Origin: Tubiluchus corallicola
Lineage: Eukaryota; Animalia; Priapulida
Reading direction: 5' to 3'
Length of the DNA: 64,000 nucleotides
Assembly (NCBI GenBank): GCA_030141605.1
Contig: JAQGDQ010000373.1
Coordinates: 124,001 to 188,000 of the forward strand
Position numbers and translations under genes: made by a program. Within the stretch, counting starts at the first letter, position 1; the number at the start of each line of letters is the position of its first letter. Of this stretch, positions 10,601 to 22,900 are shown one piece after another. The notes under the pieces are model-generated. The model did no database searches. It was not told the origin of the DNA and saw nothing but the letters and a program-made list of their open reading frames with translations.

Positions 10601-13600
10601 GTGGCTGTTGCTGAGCCGTTGTCGAAGCAATCGTCGTCGTCATCGGTGCAGAAGCGGTAGCAACGGTCGACGTTCCTGCCGAAGCGGGCACGGGCGGGGA
10701 ACGCGTGCACGGAGCAACGGGGCCCGTATGAGGCACTGGAGTTTGTTGTACCTAAAAAATAAACGAAACCAGTAAATGTGCGTCTTCGATACGCTAAAAA
10801 CAATTTTCTTTAAAAGATAAGTAAGTAAGTAAATAATTTATTGTCATTATAGCATAATGCATACAATGAAATTTATGTGGTCTTACGTACTGCAGTAACT
10901 TATAGAAACAACAAGGAGATTAACATAAATAATTCAATCACTTGTATAGTGACGTAGAGAATTGATATTGGAGATTTACTGAAATTTATTGTTGATGGTG
11001 CGAATTGCAACGGGATGGAAAGAATTTAAAGTTCTTGCGGTTTTAGCGTTTTGGTGAGGCGGAGCCTGAAAACTATTCAGTATTTGTCGATAAATGACAT
11101 TATTCACACACCGCACTAGACAAATAATTTCAGCACACATACACGCACGCACACGCACGCATGCACATACACGCACGCACATGCACACACACACACAATA
11201 CCTGCTGATGGGCATGTAGTTCTTGCAGTTTCAGCTGCAGTTCACCAAGATTAGTCGGAACCGTCGCACCTCCCGGCGTGTGAGGAACTGTTGGCGTTTG
11301 TACTCCGGATGTCCTTCCCTTTTGTGTCTGTTGCACCGGAGGCGGTGCTTTCTGCTGCTGCGGCTGCTGTTGCTGCTTTGAGACGTCGCTAGTGCTGCGC
11401 TCTGGCGTCGAACTAGCTGTGAGAGTTCTATGCTGCGAACCGGAGGGGGTCGGTTCGATGGACGTCCCTTCGGAAGACGTTTCTTGCACCGGGGTTACGT
11501 GAAAGCGACTGCCGGGAGACTTGGTTATCGGAGATTTGTCGCGAGATGAAAGGCGACGAACTCGAGTCGACTCCGTGGACTCTTTAGCACCAGCTGCTTC
11601 GTGTTTCTGCAAAATTAGTAAAGAGAAATTTGTGATAAAATGATATTTACGTAAAGAACACAATATCGTGTTTGTGTATGAGGTTATTAACATAAATGTG
11701 TTACACTCATATCTCAATTTGACGGACTTCGCTTATAAGGATATTGTAAAAATTGGACGAAATCTGGACCTTTAAAAAACTGCCACATATTACAAATGCA
11801 ATCCTATTGTTTTACGAGGTGACCGCTAGTTGGCGGGCCATCACTTTGTATACATCAGTGTAACAACGGGTATATCTCTATACATAAAAATATAGTGTGT
11901 TCACAAATGCGTTGTCTGGTACACTTAGCCTCTGACATTTTCACGATCATCATCAATCACTGGAACTGTGAAACGGCTTATTATTGTATACATTATACAA
12001 TTTCCCTACAATACTGAAATGCATTTCTTTATGTTTTAATCAACCCGCCGTGCGTTTTCTTTTGAAACACCCTGTAGCACGCCTAGACTAAAAATCGTGG
12101 ATGAAACAAACTGTGAAGGACATACCTTTTCCCCTAATTCGGCGCTTACAGCAAACAGCTCGTCGGGTATCGGGTCGCCACTCTTGAACGCTTTGATGAT
12201 TTCCGATATCTGATCAATAAATAATGTCTCGTGCTCCTTTGTCAGCAACTCCTCGGCAATCTGAAAAACACGGCATTCCGTTCAAAACTGATTCTAAATG
12301 GCACGGCACAGAACAGGGAAACACTACAATACTTAGAAACAATATAAACACTCAGGGGTGTATTAACCAATAGGCTACTACGCTAAAGCACAGGGCACCA
12401 AAGTTTGAGGGGCGCCACATTTTAGAAAAAAATTCTTATGTTCCTTGGAAAATGTGTATACTTGTACTTTCATATTCATGTATGACACACATTTTATAAC
12501 ACACCACAGGCAGTTACTGAGCATAGCTTTTATGTAAGTGCCACATAACGAACAGGTGGAAGATATAACACAACAAGCAGTTGCGCAGCCTGCTCGTATA
12601 TAAGCGCTATGTAAATACATGTAATTAATAACGACCAAGTAGAAACTAGGTTAACAGTGTTTCCAATACACCACAAGCGTATGCTGAGATTTGCTGTTAA
12701 TAAATACTACAGTACACTACACTACACTACACTGCACTGTACCTAACTACACTGCACTGCACTGTACATAACTACACTGCACTGCACTGTACCTAACTAC
12801 ACTGCACTGCACTGTACCTAACTACACTGCACTGCACCTAACTACACTGCACTGCACTGTACCTAACTACACTGCACTATACTAAACTATAAACATTTGT
12901 TATTGTGTTCAAAGTGGACAGTGGCTTGTAAATGAATGTGAACTGACGTTCACTTTCAAAACTGACATTGTTAACTTTAACAAACAATCTATTGTTTGAC
13001 ATATCAGGTCCCAAACAAATGTCGTGACAACAATAATAAATCGTATTAAACCAACTTACGACTTACCAAATTTTCAGCTATGGTGGCTCCCTCGTCTTCC
13101 TCTAGATTAAAGATGAACGTAACAGTTTGTTTACTAGTGTCTAGAACGCACTCCGCCATGCCCTCTTCTTTATTAATACTAATCAGTTTTAGTCGGGGCA
13201 TACGTTCCTGCCCTTTCTTCCTACGAGCGCTCTTTTTCCTTTTCTCGGCAGCTGTTTTATCCGTTGCCGTATCTGACAGTTGATCCCTATGGATAACGAA
13301 AAGTGAAAAACATGACTAAAAAGATCAAGGAATCGAGGCGCCAACCCTCGAGTCCTTGCTTAAACTACATACTACACAATTAGAAAAGAGGTGAGCATTC
13401 TCTGCCAGAAAGGGAAATTGTATCAAACCAAATTTCAGTATTTTTAATTCGAATCGAATTCGAATTGAGTATGCAAGATTTCCGAACAACCAATAAAAAC
13501 GAACTTACAAAAATCATGCATATTGCTCGATTTTGCTCTGCAGTAAAACCACTGATAATTTGTTTAAAAATTGTGCACAGAAATGATAGATAAACTGTGC

Positions 13601-16239
13601 GGATTGCATGCTGTTTTGAACTTTTTAATGATAAAGAATGTAATTAGTGGAAGTGCTGAATTATTCGAATGTATAATATAGGTTCGAATTAAAGAAATTC
13701 GCTTGAATCGAATTCGAACGTTCGATGTTCACCCCTACTCATCATGCCAGAATTTGAATGACCTTCATAACAGTCCCAGCCGTTATAGCAGCAGTGATTA
13801 CTTGACCTCTGTGACCTTTGACCTTTCGTAACTATGGGGATGACCATGTTCGAATGTTTGGCAAATCACGAGGCATTATAATTCCAATCACCCTGGCAAA
13901 CCCAACAACTTACGTTTCTTTTCCAGACTCGTCACCGGGGGCAATTGTCGCCATGGGAACAGAAGACGTCGTTGATGCTGACAGCTGATCCTGACTCGGT
14001 TTCCGCGCCTGTTCGCTGATTTTCTGGGCGGCCGTGATGTCCAACGGTGCATGCTCCTTTCGCTGCAAACAAATGCGTAATTCTAAATTTTGAAAACTTC
14101 GCCTGAGAACGAGGACAGAATTAGATTACTCTTAAAAATTTCTACGCCTCATTCTAGTTATCGAGTTTAAACAAAGACCTTAATCTTATTTTATCTTATT
14201 CTGTAGTAATTAGCAACAAATTTTGACACAGAGAAGCTGTTAGTTATGCAGAAAAAAAAAAATTTCCACATGGACAAAGCAATTCCAATAAGGTTTAACT
14301 GTATTAAACAGGGTTCCCACAGAATTTTAAAATAAATTTCCCTGACTTTTAGCTGATCAAATATTGATTTTCCATGACCAAGATAAGCAAAAATTGCATT
14401 ACCAGTATACATATTCAAATATTTTTGTGTATGGACATTCACACACATACTGATATATAATGTGTCGGCACAGTTGCAGTAGTGCTAACGAAATTACACT
14501 AATCACATTAAATAAACTTTCTTAATCCAATCATTATTTTTGGAACAGAAATTGAAACTGGGAGCCTGTCATAGGAAAATTTTATTTGAACACGAATCAC
14601 TGAAAAATATCTTTGGAAAAATATCGGCTCACGGTGATTATTTTTGCAAGCCTTTCCAATTTCCCCGACTTTCCACCCCATTTTCATCATTTTTCCTGAC
14701 ATCTTACAAAACTGTCTTCTTCCCTGACTTCCCAGGATAGCCTGTATTTTCAAGGATTTTCTAGAATTTTCCCTAACCGTGGGAATCCTGAATTAACAAC
14801 AAAAGTGGTTAGCTTTGCAGACAAAAAAATGTTCCACGCGGACAAAGCAAGTTTCAAAACGGTGATGTTAAATGACCATGTAAAAGTCAAATGAACCAAA
14901 TACCATCCTAGTAAGTGCATTTTGCCATTTTTATTCTAATATTTTCAGCTTGTAATTTAAACGTACAGCCAGTACAAACTTAAATTTAACATTAAACTAC
15001 AAAGGTGTAAGCTTTTTTTCAAAGTTGCATTTTAGGAATACTGACAGAGTAGAGGGAACAGAACTGTACCAGAATATTCAGGCGAAATTTGAACAAGTAT
15101 CAGTTCAAGACAAATACAGTCAACCTCGGGTGGTATAAGGTACTCACTTATAAGGGACACGCATTTATAACGGACCACCAATACCGGTCCCAATTTTTCG
15201 TAATGTTTTTCCTACGTAAAAATTTTCGTATATAAGGTACTCAGATATAAGGGACTTTCGGTTATAAGGGACGATATCTTCAGGTCCCGCGTAATAGAAA
15301 CCCAGTTAAATTACCTCGCATATAAGGGACCCTATGATCAAATCGAAATTGGTTAAATTTTAACCTCAATTTTGCACAAATTCGGCCTTTGAACAGTTCG
15401 GTTTCCACGGTCACATACATCTCGCATCACTGAAGGAGCTTCCTACATACCATTTGCACTGAATGTGTAGCAATAATCCATAAAAATATGGGTAAAAGTA
15501 CAGAAAAGTACAGGTCTAGATACACCCTCGGTCTGACTCAACTTCGGCTATAAGGGACATCGGATATATGGAATGATTTTTTCCAGGCCTGAGGTGTCCC
15601 TTATATCCCAGGTTGACTGTATACAGAAGTAACTTATACTAAAAATCGTTTTATAGTAGAGAATTTTGAAGTAGAATAAAGAATAAAAGAATTTCAGATG
15701 CTTCAGCAAAAAAACTGAATTTCAGCAAAAGGAGACTGAAATAATTTAAAAAAAATATGGATTAAAAATCATTTTTTAGGCATAAAAAATGCTAAAATAG
15801 CATCTTATTTCGTCTGCTAATTGCAAATAAAAGGTAAATAATCATGCTAACGAAACTTGTAGTGCCAAACATAATTTTGTAGCTAAATAAACGTGCTAAA
15901 TAATAATAAAAAACATCAAATAAACAACGTATGCAGTAAACATTAGTTGTTTATTTACGATTGTCTCCATTTTAGCGTGGAGTTCACTCTTGCATTCATT
16001 CGCCAACAGTGGAACAAATTCACAATCATTAGTTTTTTAAGCAAAATTTAATCGAAAGAAAAAAATCCGGAAAAAGCTGGATTTGAACCGCGAATCTTTG
16101 AGTTACAAATTGTACATTTGTCGCACTGTTAGCTGATAATCTTGCAACGAAAAGTGAAAACCGCTAAAATGTATTCATGACTTAAAAAGACACTAGTGCG
16201 GAGTCATTAGTCTATATATAAGCATGCCAACAACGTGAA

Positions 16240-16271
<32 letters not shown>

Positions 16272-16879
16272 ATAACTCAATTTTTGGCCGTTTATTTGTT
16301 ATTTCTGCTAAAGCTAAGAATCTGGCTTAGCAAATAGCCAACCATGCCTAAAAACTCGGCATCTGAATGCAAACTTCTGCGAGTTTCCAGCCAAGCAAGA
16401 ATGAGAGTCAAACGAGTCGTGCACGTTTGACAATTTTGCTATCTGACGCTAAAAATTTAGCGTCCGAAGTCTCAGCAATAAAACTGTGATAAGCGAATTG
16501 TCGAATCGTCTTGGACGCTCTCATTTTGAACAAAAAGTGACATCACTGTGGTACACTTAACCTTTGACCTACAGCAACTGCGTGTGCACAACGTAACTGC
16601 GAACGGGCTTATTCTCATTGTCGGAACGCTGACGGTTTAGTCTAGTGGTAACGCGTTTGCTTTCCGTCAGGGAGGTCGTGAGTTCGAACCAGCGGCCGGG
16701 TCATACCAAAGACTTTGAAAATGGTACCTGCTGTTGCCCTGCCTGACGCGTGGTATTTAGGGTAAAAGTGGCGTAATAATAGTCTCTGTTATGTAGTTGT
16801 AGGTTGTTATTTACAATCGGCGATAATAGCTCTTTGAGCTAATGTTAATTGTTGACCCAAAAGACGACTTTAAATAAAG

Positions 16880-16912
<33 letters not shown>

Positions 16913-19900
16913 GCTTAAGCGAATTGATGTACGATTCCATTCCGTTAAAATGTCCAACTATGATCAACCGACGGTAAACGTTGTCAAATTAAAACTGTCA
17001 GTTCGAATGCGAAAATAAAAAAACTTTTGCTCAGCTTTAAATCAACATACCAAGAGAAGCAAAATACGCACACACCTACGAAACAAGCGAACAGTCGGCA
17101 GTATGTGAAACATGCAAGAAAGAAATGGTGTATAGAGTTGCCATATAAGTGCAGTGACTCTCATTACCACGTTATGATTTTACATTATTACTGGTCTATT
17201 TCACCGGAAAATGACTAATAAAAATCGTTTAATTTTAATTGATTATTCTAGTAAGTGAAAGCTGTCCAAAATGAACGAAATTCGTCGGAGATGTGCCGAA
17301 ATAAACATTTTTGCGAGGAAGATTCCGACAAAGTAATTTTAGTTGGTTTACGAGTTAATAATATTCTTTAATTTCAATTTTACAAATAGGGCTAGACCCA
17401 AATTTAAATTTAAATCAAAATTTTCGCCTACGTACTTTGAATTCTAGCACCTTGTGATCACATAAGAGAGTAGCCAAGTGGCTTTACGCGTTTGAGAAAA
17501 TTTTAGGAAAATAATTCTAGTTAACAAGAAATGAATTGATTTCGATTAAATAAGAAATAAGAATAATAAAATGATAATATTAAATAAGACAGTAGCCATT
17601 CTAGTTAACAAGAAATGAATTGATTTCGATTAAATAAGAAATAAGAATAATAAAATGATAATATTAAATAAGAGTAGCCACGTGGCTTTACGCTTTTGAC
17701 AAAATTTCCGGAAAATAATTCTAGTTAACAAGAAATTAATTGATTTCGATTTGATATCTTGTTTTTTGCAAAATCATAAAATTTCACTGCTTGTACAAAT
17801 CTATGACTGTCTACGGCTAAATTAACCAGTTATAATCGGTTTTCACTGCTAAACTCAATTCTAGTTCCTCAAACCGTCTACGGGCGACTACGGCGACTAA
17901 AGAGTCACGGTGCTCAACATGTGCCAGAGAAAAATAAATTACCTTCGCCTGAAGGCGCCGTGAAGGAGAAGACCACACTGGAATGACCTTGAAAAGCACA
18001 CAGTTCAAGGTCAGCACGTCAAATAAACACAACAGCATAACATAATGACTGTTCATATACTGGCTGTTAACTATGCAAAAAACGCGGGAGTAAAAAAATA
18101 TCCCTTGGCTGCCATTAAAAAATTCGTTTTTTAAACTCGATACATGCAACCGGACATGTCAAACCAGTATATGAACAGTTTCATAAAGAAATACCATCAA
18201 TATACAAAATATACAACAATGAAACAAACATTTCTGATTTTCGCTCAATTGCTTCTCAAAACAAAATACACTTCCTTGAATATCATTATTGCTTAGTATG
18301 TGGCAAAAAAAATCAATTTGCTTAGTATGTGGCAAAAAAATCAATTTCTATTTGCTTAAGATGAGGTCACAATTTTGCTTTAGTAAAAAAATCAAAATAA
18401 ATGCACGAAGATAGTGAGATCGAAAAACCAGTAAACTTGTGGGTCTGTTTTAAGAAGGGCGCTATTCTCAACTTGCCATGTCACATCAGTGCAAAATTCT
18501 TAAAATGCTAATATAAACTTACACCGAAAATTGGTAAAAATATCTACATTCTAGTAAAGATGTCTGACAAAGAAAGGTTAAAAAAACACTGTATGACGCA
18601 ACATTTAAAAAACAGAAACATGTGCAATTTAACTTCTAAGCAACAAGTGACGTGACTGTTTTAAGAGCTTGAGTATTGTTTTAAGAGCATGCACGTTGCT
18701 TTAAGAACTTGAGTATTGTTTTAAGAGCATGAGCATTATTCTAAGAGCATAATCATTGTTTTAAGAGCTTGAGCATAGTTTTAAGAGCATGAGCATTGTT
18801 TTAAGAGCCTGTGCATTGTTTTAAGAGCTTGTACATTGTTTGCAGAGCGTGGGCATTGTTTTAAGAGCTTGTGTATTGCGTTAAGGGCTTGCACGTTGTT
18901 TTAAGAGCTTGTGCATAGTTTCAAGAGCTTGCACATTGCTTTGAGAGCTTGTGCATTGTTTTAAGAGCTTGGACATTGCTTTAAGAGCTTGTGCATTGTT
19001 TTAAGAGCTTACACATAGCTTTAAGAGCTTATGTATTGTTTAAAGAGCTTGCACATTCTTTTAGGAGTTCGCACATTGTTTTTAGACCTTGCCCACAAAC
19101 CAATGTACAATATGGATTCCCTGCACATTGTCTTGTAAAAATCATGCAGAAACCAACAATGTTAGATCCAGTCATTATTGGCAATGGCTCTTAGAACAAA
19201 CACGGTAAGAGAGTCCTAGCAGAACCTGGTTTATGCATGTATTATGAGTTTATTTCCATTCAATTAAAGACATACCTGTACTTCAGGAATAGCAGGGGCA
19301 CTGGTCACTACCGAAGTCGACTGTCCAGTGGACTGCTGAGCTAGAGTAACCGGCTGTGGAGACTTCACCAGCTGACCTGACCCCGGAGGAGGGACACCCT
19401 GTTGTTTTGGAACAGCAGTCTGCGGAATTGGTGTGATGCATGGTTGAGACGCCACTCCTTTTAGTTGTGTGGCGGACGGGGTCATTTGCGGCACCACTCC
19501 CTGAGGTATCTGTTGTTGTCCTTGCGGTTGGGTGACGCCCGGCATCAGCGTTTGCGAGGGTGTGGCAGACGGCGGAGGAGGCATGGCCGACGTGTGCGGG
19601 ATGATGTACGTGAACCCATCTGCGCTCGGCGTCGGGATAATGCCGGGCGGGAATGCGAAGCTTGTAGGTAGAGAATGATATGCGGACTGAGACTGAAAAC
19701 CAGCCTGAAACAAACGAAATATAAAAGCTGTAAGAATACGCAAGTTGCCAAGGCATCTCTGACATTCCAGTATTGATGGGAATCGATTATCGTTTTATCA
19801 AAGAAAAATCAATTTTTTTATTGATTTTCGAATCGATACGAAACAAAATCGATTTTTTACCTAATGTCGAATCGACAAAATAAATGATTGTCACCACAGA

Positions 19901-22900
19901 AAATCGATACAATCGGATGTTCAATATCGAAATCGATGTGTCATTTCGGTGATTCGTGTGCCCTAGCTAACAATAAGCATACTGACAACAATACTTTATA
20001 TTATCATGTTATTAACCCTTTCAAACCCGTTGTATCCTGTCGGATACGAGAATATTTTCTGCCTTTAAAATTAATAAAATCTTAAAACTGACAGTTATTT
20101 GATCTGTTAATAGTTATTTTGATTTGAGCCAATAACAATAGACTAAAAATGGTGATAAAATGGCAAAGTAAAAAAATTTACGTAGCATAAAAAACTGCGC
20201 AAGGTACAGTACTTTAGAGACGACTTTGTACAGATCAGCATAGCATGCATACTAAATGTCTTAAATACTTTAAAAACTTATCAGCAGTTGCAAAATGAAG
20301 CACATTTTATGCTTCTATTGAATCCCAATGTATCCCGTGGGATACAGGCTATACTTTGCACGCGGGCACAGGTAGAATAAAAATAATTATTATGTGTAAA
20401 CAAGATGGACATACTGAACAAAAGTACCAAGCCAAAAATTTTTTTTCTTATTAGAAAAATAATTTGGACTGAAAGGGTTAACTTCAGAATCTGGTATCAC
20501 TAATTACATAAAATGATGCTTCGCAGTTTGCACTGTGCAGTACAGTGTGTACAATGCCTGTGAAACAATTTTGTGAAACGCTTATCGAAATTGAAATCGT
20601 ATCGCAACTTCTAATCATTTAACGAAATTGTGTCACAAATTTTGTATCGATTCCCATCACTTCATTCCAGCTCTAAATACACAAACTGTAAACCATTTTA
20701 TTTTAATACTAAATGTACACATAATTTATGTTTTTATATTTAGCTTGTGCCATCATCGGCAGTGAAATAGTTCTACAGTGGTGGCCCGTAGCTAAAATTA
20801 GTGGGGGTGCTACTTCAGAAAATCTTTAGCCATTGTTTTACTGCCGTGTAAAACGAAACAAACATGTAATTTGTAATTGCAATGTTAAACTAACAAACAC
20901 ACAAACATTTATCCATAAACTTGATAAATCCAAAACAAAATAATTTTTTGCCTAAATTGCCACAATTCAAGAACATACTGGTACGTACACGGTTTTTAAG
21001 CACGTGACAACTGACAACAAACTGTGTGAGCGACAGTACTTTCTCTACCTTGCAACAGACAGCGTACAGCGTGTTATCTCAGACATGTGCGCATGGCTGT
21101 ATGTGCACAACAGCCAAACACACCACTGTACTGGGTTGTGAAGCAAACAGTACTACCCTCATTTGCTCAGGACCATACAAGTATAAAAAAAACTAAAGAA
21201 CAGAGTTATTATATTGAATATTATCGATAATATTGAGTGAAAATAGGGGGTGCTGCAGTTCCATGGTGCCTATACACGAGCTGCGACAGTCTACAGCAAT
21301 AGCAAACACACCAGTGGAATCGTATTCAGCCTCTAAGATGAATCTTTTAAGCAAAAACAATGAAAGGACAAAAGTATGTGGATAATAATACGTGGATGTG
21401 TGTACTCCATTCTCCCATCAAGGAATAACCAGGAAATAGTTCTACTGATTGACACCCATCCATTTAACATACATGCTCAGAAGCGCTTAATTATGGGAAC
21501 TAAAGGCAACTTCATCTGTTATCACATAAACACTAACCAGGAAGTAGTTCTAAAGAGTATCACCCATCCATTTAACAAACACGCTTAGAAGCGCTTAACT
21601 AAGGCAACTAAGGGCACGTTCATCCCTTATCACGAAAACACTAACCTGAGACGGAGGTTGAGGTTGCGACTGCGAATGTGTGACTGGTACTTCCGGAAGC
21701 TGCCCGGCGCTTCCCTGAATTGAGCCGGAATCTCTCTGCGACTGAGCCGGCGTGTAGTGTGGCGTCGGCGTCAGGAACACGTCGGACCACAGGGAGTGTA
21801 CACTGCTATCCTGCGACTCCGTGACTGCAACAAGTAAACAGGAGAGACGTAAACAAAAACGGAACGCAAGTGAATCAATTCAATTTCTACTTGCGCAATA
21901 CGAAATTACAGCTTCTCTAAGTGAAAAATTAGCAAAAAAAACAATTTCTCGCTAATACTGATTTATAACAACTAACAGATACAAAAAATGGCTTCGTTAC
22001 TTAATTAATTAAGCTTTACATGCTTCAAAAAAATTTAAAAACATAACCAAAATAACGACCTACAAAGTTCAGGGTTTATATGTATGTATATGTATATGTA
22101 TATGTGTATATATATATATATACTGATATGTAATGTGTCGGCCAATCATTAGTTTTGGAATAGAAATCGAAACCGGGACACTGTCATAGCAAATTTTATT
22201 TGAACACGAAAATCTCTGAAAAATATGTTTGAAAAAATATCGGTTCACGGTGATTATCTTTGCAACGCTTTCCAATTTTCCTGACTTTCTGCCTCATCAT
22301 TTTCCCTGACTTTTTACCAAACCATCTTTTCCCCCGACATTCCAGGATAGCCTGTATTTTCCAGGATTTACCCAGACTGTGGGAACCCTGAAACTTCACA
22401 CCATCTGTACTCAAACAGGCGAACTCTATTGGCTTAAAAAACAGATTCAAACTTTCAGTTCTTGTTACAAACTTACCGACTAAATCGTATAATTACGACC
22501 TTCCAATGAGAGCAATCACTACAGCACGATGGTCAATGTTTAACACTTTTCTACACAGAGATGAAACAACTTAACCGCACTTTTCTGACACTAATTTTAA
22601 CATGGCAACATAACATGATGCTAAAGTTAACGTACACACTACCAGTTTTGGTAAGCTACACTAAGTGATTCATACACCTGTTAACTGAGTAACTCCTAAG
22701 TAACTATAGTGTTAACTGTGCAACATTAACAGTTAGTGTTAATAGTAATCAGGCAGAAAATGAAGGCATAACAGAAAACAATTAGCGTTTGCAGTACCGA
22801 ATGTTTTCAATTTTAATAGGTGTTATCACTAAGGATAATCTACTAATTTGAGCCATTGAACCAGACGAGGTGTTTTAGTCACGTTCTGATGTGATTGGAT

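Noticed and set aside
16631-16705. tRNA gene
   Set aside because: A and B boxes are present but the cloverleaf stems are poor, and it continues into a SINE core and tail
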